From the NCBI GenBank assembly GCA_965207225.1, contig CBDBLV010000005.1, positions 480,001 through 544,000 on the forward strand: a stretch of DNA of 64,000 bases, read 5' to 3'. The translations under genes were made by a program, and so were the position numbers. This DNA comes from Dehalococcoidia bacterium (GTDB taxonomy: Bacteria; Chloroflexota; Dehalococcoidia; Plut-88900). The notes below the pieces were generated by a model. The model was not told the origin of the DNA. It ran no database searches and was given only the letters and a program-made list of their open reading frames with translations. This document shows, piece by piece, positions 29,418-38,119 of this stretch. The number at the start of each line of letters is the position of its first letter. Position 1 is the stretch's first letter.

Positions 29418-30557
29418 ATGAGCGACACCCGACCCAACCCCATAATCGACGCCGATAGCCACATCCTCGAACCCCCCGACCTCTGGCAGCGCTACCTCGA
29501 GCCCCAATACCGGGATCGTGCCCTCCACTTGCAGAAGGACGGGCAGGGCTGGGACCAGTGGGTTATAGACGGCAAACCCTGGGCATACCGGCACGGCGTT
29601 TTCGGCGATATGGGCGCCATCGGCCGGGACCTCGAACCCCACTTTACACCCGGCGTCATCTCCTACGAAGAAGGCATCGCCTTCGCCCCCGGGGGCTGGG
29701 ACCCGACCGAGCGCCTCTCCGTCCTCGACCAGGAGGGTATCGACCAGGTCCTCCTCTACCCCTCCCTCGGCATCACCTGGGAGGGCGGATGCACCGACCC
29801 CGAACTCGCCGACGCCTACTGCCGCGCCTACAACAACTGGCTCATCGACTGGTGCAGCCAGTCCCCCGACCGCCTCCTCCCCATCGCCCACGTCTGCCTC
29901 CTCGATCCCGCCCTCGCCGCCAAAGAGATGAAACGCGCCGTCGACGCCGGGGCCAGGGGCATCATGCTGCGCGCCTACCCCTCCGGCAACCGCCAGTACG
30001 GAGACCCGGCCAACGACCCATTCTGGGCAGGAGCTCAGGACATCGGGATCCCCTTGGCCCTCCACATCGGCGGCGCCCCGAGAATGATGGGCGAAGAGCT
30101 CTTCGACGTAAGGATGGGTCGCTCCACCTGGTGGATCTACGTGATGTTTATGAGCGAGGTGCAGCTGGGCTTCAGTACCGTCATGAACGGCGCCGTCCTT
30201 GACCGCTTCCCCGGTGTCACCATGGTCCTTCTGGAGTCGGGTTGTGGCTGGCTCCCCTACTGGCTCGACCGTATGGACGACACCTTTGAGCACACCGGCT
30301 TCTCCACCTCCCTCAAGCTCAAACCCTCCGAGTACTTCCGGCGCCAGTGCCTGATCACCATGGACGCTGATGAAGAGCTTGCTGTCGTCACCGTGGACCA
30401 CGTAGGTGCCAACTCCGTCATGTGGGCCGCCGACTATCCTCACTCCGATGGCCACTGGAACGCCGCCAACAGCGTCCGTGAGACCCTCAAAGACATCCCC
30501 AAGGACGACCTGGCCCTCGTCCTCGGCGGTAACGCCCGGCGCGCCTACTCCTTATAA
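29418..30557 (+). CDS. Amidohydrolase_2 family protein
   Basis: DADSHILEP, AYNNWL, LESGCGW, AADYPHSD. Confidence 0.9.
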   Translation: MSDTRPNPIIDADSHILEPPDLWQRYLEPQYRDRALHLQKDGQGWDQWVIDGKPWAYRHGVFGDMGAIGRDLEPHFTPGVISYEEGIAFAPGGWDPTERLSVLDQEGIDQVLLYPSLGITWEGGCTDPELADAYCRAYNNWLIDWCSQSPDRLLPIAHVCLLDPALAAKEMKRAVDAGARGIMLRAYPSGNRQYGDPANDPFWAGAQDIGIPLALHIGGAPRMMGEELFDVRMGRSTWWIYVMFMSEVQLGFSTVMNGAVLDRFPGVTMVLLESGCGWLPYWLDRMDDTFEHTGFSTSLKLKPSEYFRRQCLITMDADEELAVVTVDHVGANSVMWAADYPHSDGHWNAANSVRETLKDIPKDDLALVLGGNARRAYSL

Positions 30558-30558
30558 C

Positions 30559-30996
30559 CTACACCCGGCCCCACACCACCACCCGACGCGGCCTTATAAC
30601 GATCACCGCCCGCCCTTCGAAGTCCAGTTCCCGGTACTGTCGGTATCGCGCCCGTAGCAGCGGAATAGCCGCCTCATGCTCCTCCCCCGACGTCACAATC
30701 GACGCCGTCCCTCGCACCATCACGTACCCCAGTTCCGACCAGTCCTCCGAATACGTGTCCACCGTTAGGCACACCCACGGGTTCGTCCTGATGTTCCGTA
30801 TCCTCTTCAGCTCCCTCCGCGAAACGTCCTTCGGCTTCTCGTCGATCACGCTGAAGATCCGGCCTGCACTTGCCGCATAGCATATCGGCACAACGTATGG
30901 GCGGCCCTCCTCATCCACAGTAGCCAACCGCCCGACAAAATGCGATCCCAGGAACTCCGCCACCCGACTTCCGAATGATGTGAACTCCTCTACCAA
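30559..30996 (-). CDS. PPOX-class, probably F420-dependent oxidoreductase (Rv0121-like)
   Basis: GRLATVDEEGRPYVVPICYA, IDEKPK, LKRIRNIRTNP, YSEDWSELGYVMVRG; TTG start overlaps the hpnD stop. Confidence 0.85.
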   Translation of the reverse strand: MVEEFTSFGSRVAEFLGSHFVGRLATVDEEGRPYVVPICYAASAGRIFSVIDEKPKDVSRRELKRIRNIRTNPWVCLTVDTYSEDWSELGYVMVRGTASIVTSGEEHEAAIPLLRARYRQYRELDFEGRAVIVIRPRRVVVWGRV

Positions 30997-31865
30997 CGCC
31001 CGACCAGGTTCCTTATCGTCGTCGCCGACCAAACCTTCGCCGTAATCGCCAGCTTCTCCTTGGAGCTCAGTGCCACCCGCTCCCCAAATACGTCGTAGTT
31101 CCGAGCCTCTATCCTGTCCAGCACCGCCGAGTAAAGCGCCCGAAGCACCGCCGGACACAGCCGGGACCGTGGCTTCAAGAGTGGAAGCAATGCCGCGCTT
31201 CTCTCGAAATACCCCCTCGCCCGGCCTACCTGCTCCGCCATCATCGCCCGAAACTCCGGCCCCGTTTCCCCGGCCCGCAACGACTCCTCTGTAACCCCGT
31301 GTCGGGCCAGTTCGTCCTGCGGCAGATACACCCTCCCCCGACCACAGTCCTCTTCGATGTCCCGCAGGATGTTCGTAAGCTGCATGGCTATCCCCATGTC
31401 CGTCGCGTACTCCCGTGCCCTTGGGTCCGTGTATTCGAATATCTCGATGCAAACCAGCCCCACCACCGACGCCACTCTGTAGCAGTACTGGTACAGGTCC
31501 TTGAAGTCCGCATATCTGCTTATCTCCAGGTCCATCTCCACACCCTTGATTATCTCGTGGAAATAGTCCTTGGGAATGCCGTACCGCTCGCTGGCATCCA
31601 TCAGGGCAACGAACACCTCCGAGTCAGGCGCCCCACCGAAAGCCTTGTCCACAAGATCGTGCAGCCCCGACAACAACGCCGATTTCTCATCAACCGGGAT
31701 CTCCTCATCGCTGTAGTCGTCTGACAACCGGCAGAATGCGTATGCCGCGTAGATCGCCTTCCTCTTCTCCTTGGGAAGCGTGATGAACGCGTAGTAGAAA
31801 TTCCGCGCCCGACTCCGCGTCAGGTTAGTGCAATAGGCGTAGGACTCTTCCAGGCTCGGAGCCAA
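30990..31865 (-). CDS. hpnD: Squalene/phytoene synthase family, HpnD-like
   Basis: ARNFYYAF, YAFCRLSDDYSD, YCYRVASVVG, QLTNILRDIEED, GRVYLP; start reassigned to TTG 31865. Confidence 0.8.
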   Translation of the reverse strand: MAPSLEESYAYCTNLTRSRARNFYYAFITLPKEKRKAIYAAYAFCRLSDDYSDEEIPVDEKSALLSGLHDLVDKAFGGAPDSEVFVALMDASERYGIPKDYFHEIIKGVEMDLEISRYADFKDLYQYCYRVASVVGLVCIEIFEYTDPRAREYATDMGIAMQLTNILRDIEEDCGRGRVYLPQDELARHGVTEESLRAGETGPEFRAMMAEQVGRARGYFERSAALLPLLKPRSRLCPAVLRALYSAVLDRIEARNYDVFGERVALSSKEKLAITAKVWSATTIRNLVGRW

Positions 31866-31870
31866 CGCCC

Positions 31871-33874
31871 CTAGCCCCCGTTGACCGCCCGACGATACCG
31901 CCCCAGCGCCAGCAGCGGGAAATAGATCCTGTACATGTGGTACTTGATCATAAAGTCTCGGGGGAAACCCGTGCCCGTGAACTCGTCCTCCGGCCACGTC
32001 CCGTCCGCACCCTGTGTCCTCACCAGGTATTCTACCCCTTGCCGCGCCTCTATGCTGTGGCCCTCCCCAGCCGATATCAACCCCAGCAGCGCCCACGCCG
32101 TCTGCGATGCCGTGCTATTCCCCTGCCCCCTCAGTGAAGGGTCGTCGTATGATGCACACGTCTCACCCCACCCCCCGTCCCCGTTCTGGTGCAATTTGAG
32201 CCATTCCACGGCCTTCCTCACGTACGGGCTGTCCATGTCCTCTCCCAGTGCCTCCAGCGCCGGCAGCACCGCCCCGACTCCGTAGATGTAGTTCACACCC
32301 CACCGCCCGAACCACGACCCGTCTTCTTCCTGCTCTTCCTTGATGTACCTCAGCCCCGCCTCTATCCTCTCGTCCGATTCTGCCGTCAGCCCCCGAAGCC
32401 CCAGCAGCTCGAGGATGTGCGCCGTCACGTCCACGCTCGGCGGATCAATCACCTCCCCGAAATCGCAGAACGGGATCTGCGTCACCAGCGTCCGCGTGTT
32501 GTTCTTGTCGAACGCTCCCCACCCCCCGTTCCGGCTCTGCATCCCCATGATCCACTCTATCCCCCGGTTGATCGCCCTTTCGCCTGCAATCGGGTCCAGC
32601 GCCACCTTTGTGAGCGCTATCGCCACCTCCGCCGCATCGTCAATGTCCGGGTACCACTCGTTGTCGAACTCGAACGCCCAGCCCCCGGGCTTGAGCCCCG
32701 GGCTCTTCACCGCCCAGTCCCCTTCCTTCATTATCTGCTCTTCCAGCAGCCACTCGCCTGCTCTCACCAGCGCCGGGTGCTGTCGGCTCATCCCCGACTC
32801 CTCCAGCGCTATCACCACCCACGCCGTGTCCCATACCGGGCTGATGCAGGACTGCGTCCTGAAAGTGTCGCCCTCTTCTATCCCGAACGTTACGAACGCC
32901 TCCAGCCCCTTGGCCATGACGGGATGCTCTACCGAATAACCGAGACAGTCAAGGGCAATCAGCGAATACACCCAGGGCGGCTGGATCCCCGCCCAGGCGC
33001 CATTCGCGTCCTGGTGGTCCAATATCCACTCTTCGGCCTTCTTGATCGCCAGCCTCCGGGTTGGACGAAATGGCCACTTTTCTCCGATCTTGATTACCCT
33101 GTCCAGCCCGATGAACGCCCGCTTCCAGCTAAGCAGCCCCGGTTTGCCCCTCACCGTAAAGCCCGGCTTCCCTGCATCCTCGGGTATCAACTCCTGTATC
33201 CTGGCGTATCCCGGCACGGGACGCACCGGCCTCTTGTTCATGATGATAGTCATCGGCACTATCGTGCCCCGGGCCCACGACGAAAAGTCGTATATATTCA
33301 TCGGTGCCCATGCCGGCAGAAGGAACATCTCCGGCGGCATCGCAGGTATCGCATTCCAGTTCCACTCCCCCAGCATTGCCAGCCAGATCTTCGTGAAGTT
33401 TCGTACCTTCGGAAGACCGCCCTCCGACAAAATGAACTCCCGAGCCCTCTCCATCCGCAGGTCATCAGCCGGGATGCCCGCCAGCTTCAGCGCAAAATAC
33501 GCCTCCACCGTGACATTCAAATCACCCGGCCCGCCGTAATAGACGCTCCACGTTCCGTCCTCTCGCTGGGTGCTCAGCAGGTACCGCGCCACCTGGTCCC
33601 ATCGACGCCTCTCCCCGATGCCCAGGAAATGCGTCAGCATCAGGTACTCTGCCGTTATCGTGGCGTTGGACTCCAGCTCACCCCACCAGTACCCCTCCCT
33701 GTACTGCGTCTCCAACAGGTGCTCCTGGCAGTTCCGGATCACTGCATCCAGAGCACCCCTGTCCGGTTCGCCCTTGCGTGTCGCCACTCCCACCCCGCCC
33801 CCACGGCCATTATCCTGCCCGTTTGTCCGCGGGTTCACCCAGAACCGCCGGATCTCGGAAGCCTTCTGCCTCAT
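31871..33874 (-). CDS. shc: Squalene-hopene cyclase
   Basis: YPDIDD (DXDD), SPVWDT, QW repeats, GTGFP; ATG 33874 overlaps the hpnA stop (ATGA). Confidence 0.96.
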   Translation of the reverse strand: MRQKASEIRRFWVNPRTNGQDNGRGGGVGVATRKGEPDRGALDAVIRNCQEHLLETQYREGYWWGELESNATITAEYLMLTHFLGIGERRRWDQVARYLLSTQREDGTWSVYYGGPGDLNVTVEAYFALKLAGIPADDLRMERAREFILSEGGLPKVRNFTKIWLAMLGEWNWNAIPAMPPEMFLLPAWAPMNIYDFSSWARGTIVPMTIIMNKRPVRPVPGYARIQELIPEDAGKPGFTVRGKPGLLSWKRAFIGLDRVIKIGEKWPFRPTRRLAIKKAEEWILDHQDANGAWAGIQPPWVYSLIALDCLGYSVEHPVMAKGLEAFVTFGIEEGDTFRTQSCISPVWDTAWVVIALEESGMSRQHPALVRAGEWLLEEQIMKEGDWAVKSPGLKPGGWAFEFDNEWYPDIDDAAEVAIALTKVALDPIAGERAINRGIEWIMGMQSRNGGWGAFDKNNTRTLVTQIPFCDFGEVIDPPSVDVTAHILELLGLRGLTAESDERIEAGLRYIKEEQEEDGSWFGRWGVNYIYGVGAVLPALEALGEDMDSPYVRKAVEWLKLHQNGDGGWGETCASYDDPSLRGQGNSTASQTAWALLGLISAGEGHSIEARQGVEYLVRTQGADGTWPEDEFTGTGFPRDFMIKYHMYRIYFPLLALGRYRRAVNGG

Positions 33875-34869
33875 GCCGCCACCCCCATCGCCCCCCGACC
33901 CCTGAACCACGCCACCGCGTCCCGCAGCGCCTCCTCTATCGGCGTCTGAGGCATCCCCAGCTCTCGCATCGCCTTCGAACAGTCGAAGTACATTGGGTGC
34001 CGGGCCATTCTCACCCCCGACACCGGGATCCGGGGTGCCTTGCTCAGCAGCTTCACCGAAAATAGGTGCTCCACATGCGCCAGCGTCATCGCCAGTCCGT
34101 AGGGCAGCTTCACCCGCGGCGCCGACGTTCCTGTCACCCTCGCCAATACCCCGAACAGCTCCTTCAGCGTCACGTTCTGGTTGCCCAGGATGTACCGCTC
34201 TCCTGTCCTTCCCTTCTTGTAGGCCAATATGTGCCCCCGGGCCACGTCCCTCACGTCCACTACGTTGATTCCCGTGTCGATGTACGCCGGCATCCGACCC
34301 CTGATGAAGTCCAGCACTATCCGACCCGTCGGTGTTGGCTTCGGGTCCCAAGGCCCGACCGGCGCCGTTGGGTTCACGATCACCACGTCCAGACCCCGTT
34401 GGCAGTATTCCAGCGCCTTCTCCTCGGCGAGGAACTTGGTCCGGTGGTACCCGTCCACAATTTCGTCCGGCGTGCACCGCGAGTCCTCATTCGGGATCGG
34501 TCCTCCCTTCCAGTGCCCGAACACCGACGCCGTGCTCGTGTACACCACCCTTCCCACCCCCGCCCCCATCGCTGCCTCAAGGATGTTCACCGTCCCCTCG
34601 ACGTTCGTCCTTGCGAAATCGCTGGGGTCCGGGCTCCACAGGCTGTACAGCGCCGCCGCGTGAAACAGCGCTTCCTGACCCTCCATCGCCCGGTCCAACG
34701 ACGCCCGGTCCTGCAGGTCCCCAACCGCGACCTCCACTTCCAGCCCATCAACATTCGTCATATCCGCCCCGGGCCGGCAAAGAACGCGGACTTCGTGGCC
34801 GTCCGCTAGGAGCTCCCTCACCAGGTTCCCCCCTATGAAACCCGTGGCCCCAGTCACCAGCGCCTTCAA
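33871..34869 (-). CDS. hpnA: Hopanoid-associated NAD-dependent sugar epimerase
   Basis: GATGFIG, YHRTK, VNPTAPVGPWDPKPTPTG; adjacent to shc. Confidence 0.9.
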   Translation of the reverse strand: MKALVTGATGFIGGNLVRELLADGHEVRVLCRPGADMTNVDGLEVEVAVGDLQDRASLDRAMEGQEALFHAAALYSLWSPDPSDFARTNVEGTVNILEAAMGAGVGRVVYTSTASVFGHWKGGPIPNEDSRCTPDEIVDGYHRTKFLAEEKALEYCQRGLDVVIVNPTAPVGPWDPKPTPTGRIVLDFIRGRMPAYIDTGINVVDVRDVARGHILAYKKGRTGERYILGNQNVTLKELFGVLARVTGTSAPRVKLPYGLAMTLAHVEHLFSVKLLSKAPRIPVSGVRMARHPMYFDCSKAMRELGMPQTPIEEALRDAVAWFRGRGAMGVAA

Positions 34870-34905
34870 GACGCCATCTCCACCGCGGTCACTTTCCTGT
34901 CTCCT

Positions 34906-35658
34906 CTATTCGACAAACAGGTAGCTCCTGATAAATGCGTTCAACGCCTTGTCCGCCGCCCGGGCTTTAAGCCCCAGCCCCGACAGCCTCCACAACTCCC
35001 CGGGATGGTTCACCACGTACCCCAAACTCCGCGCCACCGACACCCGACCTTCGTCATACAGTGCATCCAGACCCCGCGGCATCTGCATCTCCGCCGTGTC
35101 CACTATCGCCCTCACCGCTAGGAAGGGAAGCCCATATCGTGAGACCGCCTCGGCCACGTGATAGGTTTCCATGTCCACCGCCCGAATCCCGAATCGCTCC
35201 GCCATCTCCCTTTTCACCCTTGGCTCGGTAACTACCCGCTTCACCGTCCCGATCTTCCCCGCCCGGTACGGAATTCCCCACCCGCTTAGCCCCGACTCCG
35301 CCCTCGCCAGCAATTTCGCATCCAGCGCCGCCACCGCATCCCTTTCGTGAATCTCCGACTCTCCCGATTCCTCCACCAGGCAAGTGTCCGTTCCCAGCAC
35401 CAGGTCTCCCGTGTTCAGTGTCGGGTCCGCCGCTCCCGCGTACCCCATGGCCACTATCTCCGTTACCCCGTGCTCCCGCGTCAACTCTGCCACCACCTTC
35501 TCGATCTCCTTGGCCCCTATTCCCACCGCCGACACCAGCACCCCCGTCTCCCCCAGCACACCCCTCAACAGCCCCTCCCCACCATTAACCGGCGTGGCGT
35601 TTATCGCCTTTGCAAAGGAGGCCGCTTCCCTCGGCATGGCCGTAAGCACAGCTAGCAC
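34906..35658 (-). CDS. hpnG: Nucleoside phosphorylase family, HpnG-like
   Basis: GYAGA, AVDMET, VRAIVD; hopanoid operon context. Confidence 0.78.
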   Translation of the reverse strand: MLAVLTAMPREAASFAKAINATPVNGGEGLLRGVLGETGVLVSAVGIGAKEIEKVVAELTREHGVTEIVAMGYAGAADPTLNTGDLVLGTDTCLVEESGESEIHERDAVAALDAKLLARAESGLSGWGIPYRAGKIGTVKRVVTEPRVKREMAERFGIRAVDMETYHVAEAVSRYGLPFLAVRAIVDTAEMQMPRGLDALYDEGRVSVARSLGYVVNHPGELWRLSGLGLKARAADKALNAFIRSYLFVE

Positions 35659-36014
35659 CCCCCACCCCCTTCTCCCTTCGCCCGACCCTCAGCCCGGGCC
35701 TTGGCTTCCGCCTTACGCCGCTGCCACGCCTCCCAGGACTTCCCTGCCGCCGTGTCCTTCCCGCTGAACTCCACGTTCGCTATCTGCGAATAGGCAATCG
35801 TGAATGGCCCCCCACCCGACTTGTCGAAATACTCCAGGAACGGCTCCCGGGCTTCCGCCGCCCTGTTGAAGATGTAACCCTCTACCGCAGACCCGTCCGT
35901 CTTCACGATAGTCGTGTTCCCGCGGTAGTCGTAGGCCATCTCTATGACTTGCTCTACAGTCAAACTGTCGTCGAGGGTCGGCACCCAACCCTCCAGGGAT
36001 TTCTCTTCCGCCAT
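35652..36014 (-). CDS. Small hypothetical protein in the hopanoid operon
   Basis: 120-aa ORF between hpnH and hpnG, overlapping hpnG; AYDYRGNTT and DTAAGKSWEAW segments. Confidence 0.78.
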   Translation of the reverse strand: MAEEKSLEGWVPTLDDSLTVEQVIEMAYDYRGNTTIVKTDGSAVEGYIFNRAAEAREPFLEYFDKSGGGPFTIAYSQIANVEFSGKDTAAGKSWEAWQRRKAEAKARAEGRAKGEGGGGC

Positions 36015-36039
36015 CTGTTAGCGACCCTCTATCTCCGCT

Positions 36040-37062
36040 CTACAGCTTGCCGGAGATCGTGGCTGCCACCGTGTCCTTGAACCCCTTCCAGCTCGTGAAC
36101 GTCTTGTCCACCGCCGTCGCCTCGAACCCCGAGTGCACCATGCAGTCCCGGCACTTCGGGTTCCCGCTCGCCTTTCCGTATTCAGCCCACTTCGTCTCCT
36201 CCATCAGCTCCTTGAAACTGTGGGCGTAACCCTCCTGCAGCAAATAACACGGCCTTTGCCACCCGAACACGTTGAATGTCGGGTTGCCCCAGGGTGTGCA
36301 CTCGTAGTCCTGCTTACCCATCAGGAACTGCAGGAACAGCGGAGACTGGTTGAACCTCCACCCCTTCTTCTTCTCCTTGAAGATCTCCGAAAACAGCTGG
36401 TTGGTGCTCTGCTTCCTAAGGAAATGCTCCTGGTCCGGCGCCTTCGAATAGCTGTATCCCGGCGACAGCATCATCCCCTCCACCCCCAGCTCGGTCATAT
36501 CGTCGAAGAATTGCCTGACCCTCAGGGGCTGAGCCCCATCAAACAGAGTCGTGTTCGTCGTCACCCGGAACCCGAGCCCCAGCGCCGTCCTGATCGCTTC
36601 CACCGCCCTGTCGTACACCCCGTCCTGGCACACCGACTCATCGTGGTCGGCCTGCATTCCGTCCAAATGTATGCTGAACGTCAGGTACTTCGATGGCGTG
36701 AACAGCCCCTCTTCCAGCTTCTTCTTTAACAGGATGGCGTTAGTGCACAGGTACACGTACTTCTTCCGCCTTACCAGCTCCTCAACCAGCTCCCCGATCT
36801 CCGGGTAAAGCAGGGGCTCGCCGCCCGGAATGCTCACTATCGGTGCCCCGCACTCTTCCACCGCCCCCAGGCACTGCTCTACCGTCAACCGCTTCTTCAA
36901 GATCTGGGCCGGGTACTGGATCTTCCCGCATCCCGCACACGCCAGGTTGCACTTGAACAGCACCTCAAGCATCAGCACCAGCGGGTAACGCTTCCGCCGA
37001 AGCAGTTTCTGCTTCAAAACGTGCCCCGACACCGTCATCATCTGCGTTAGTGGTACACCCAT
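36040..37062 (-). CDS. hpnH: Adenosylhopane-forming radical SAM enzyme
   Basis: RYPLVLMLE, CNLACAGCGKI, CTPWGNPT, CRDCMVHSGFE. Confidence 0.95.
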   Translation of the reverse strand: MGVPLTQMMTVSGHVLKQKLLRRKRYPLVLMLEVLFKCNLACAGCGKIQYPAQILKKRLTVEQCLGAVEECGAPIVSIPGGEPLLYPEIGELVEELVRRKKYVYLCTNAILLKKKLEEGLFTPSKYLTFSIHLDGMQADHDESVCQDGVYDRAVEAIRTALGLGFRVTTNTTLFDGAQPLRVRQFFDDMTELGVEGMMLSPGYSYSKAPDQEHFLRKQSTNQLFSEIFKEKKKGWRFNQSPLFLQFLMGKQDYECTPWGNPTFNVFGWQRPCYLLQEGYAHSFKELMEETKWAEYGKASGNPKCRDCMVHSGFEATAVDKTFTSWKGFKDTVAATISGKL

Positions 37063-37064
37063 CC

Positions 37065-38105
37065 CTAGTGCTCCCTCTCTAGGAAAAATCTCGCCAGGCC
37101 CCTGAGCTGCGAGTCCATGTCTTCGTCCAGCTTCAGCCCGTCCAACCGACGCATCGCCGAATCATTGTGCTCGGCCGCCAGGCCCTGGCAGTACTCCCGG
37201 GCCCCGGTCCTTTTCAATATCCCCAGCACGACGTCCACCTCTTCCTCCCCCGCTGGGTCGTCGTTCCCGTATATCGCCTGCATGCTCCTGCGGTCATCAC
37301 CCTGGGCCGACTGCAGAGCGTGCACCACCGGAAGGCACATCTTCTTCCGCCTGATGTCGGACGCTATCGGCTTCCCCAGCCTGTCCTCGTCTCCCCACAC
37401 CCCCAGGTAGTCGTCCCTTATCTGGAATACGGCCCCCATGTCCAGCCCGAACTGCCTCCACGACTCGGACAATGCGGTGTCGCACCCCGCCGCCAGCGCC
37501 CCTAGATAGTACGAACACCCGAACAGCGCCCCCGTCTTCCGCCCGATCATTCCCAGGTACTGGTCCGTCGTGACCTCGGTGTTCCTCTCGTATGTGATGT
37601 CCAGGAACTGTCCCTCGATCATCTCCAGCGACGCCTTCTCCAACCCCTCCACCGCCAGCCGTATCTGTGTTGCCGGATGAGTGTCATCCACGCCCCTCAC
37701 CAGCGTCAGCGCCGCCAGCCCCCTCATCGAGTCCCCCGCATTGATCCCCTGTGCCAGGCCCCACTTGTGCCACACCGTGTCCCGGTGCCGGCGCTGAGTG
37801 TCCCCGTCCTGTATGTCGTCGTGTATAAGGGAAAAGTTGTGGACCAGCTCCAGCGCCGCCGCAAAGGAAAGGGCCTTGTGCCAATCGCCGCCCGCCGCTT
37901 GGCAGGCCAGCAGGCACATCATTGGCCTCAGCCCCTTGCCCTGCCCGTTCGCCGGACGGCCCTCCCCGTCTATCCACCCCAGGTGGTAGCGCTGCATGTC
38001 GTAGATGCCCAACTCCCGACCCTCAAAGGCCGACCTCAGAGTGGCATCCAGCGACTCTTTGTACGTGTCGAAGGCTTTCGGAAGCGTCATCCTTGCTTCG
38101 ATCAC
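37065..38105 (-). CDS. Short-chain trans-prenyl diphosphate synthase (FPP/GGPP)
   Basis: GKGLRP, HNFSLIHDDIQD, GQFLD, KTGAL, FQIRDDYLG. Confidence 0.92.
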   Translation of the reverse strand: MIEARMTLPKAFDTYKESLDATLRSAFEGRELGIYDMQRYHLGWIDGEGRPANGQGKGLRPMMCLLACQAAGGDWHKALSFAAALELVHNFSLIHDDIQDGDTQRRHRDTVWHKWGLAQGINAGDSMRGLAALTLVRGVDDTHPATQIRLAVEGLEKASLEMIEGQFLDITYERNTEVTTDQYLGMIGRKTGALFGCSYYLGALAAGCDTALSESWRQFGLDMGAVFQIRDDYLGVWGDEDRLGKPIASDIRRKKMCLPVVHALQSAQGDDRRSMQAIYGNDDPAGEEEVDVVLGILKRTGAREYCQGLAAEHNDSAMRRLDGLKLDEDMDSQLRGLARFFLEREH

Positions 38106-38119
38106 TCCTGTCCGGGGCC

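Noticed and set aside
33875-34477. Apparent 200-aa N-terminal extension of Shc (868-aa ORF)
   Set aside because: Overlaps hpnA in another frame; the ATGA-coupled start at 33874 gives a normal-length cyclase. Similar over-extensions were trimmed for hpnD, PPOX, GrdE-like paralogues 1 and 2, the MFS and the aminotransferase.
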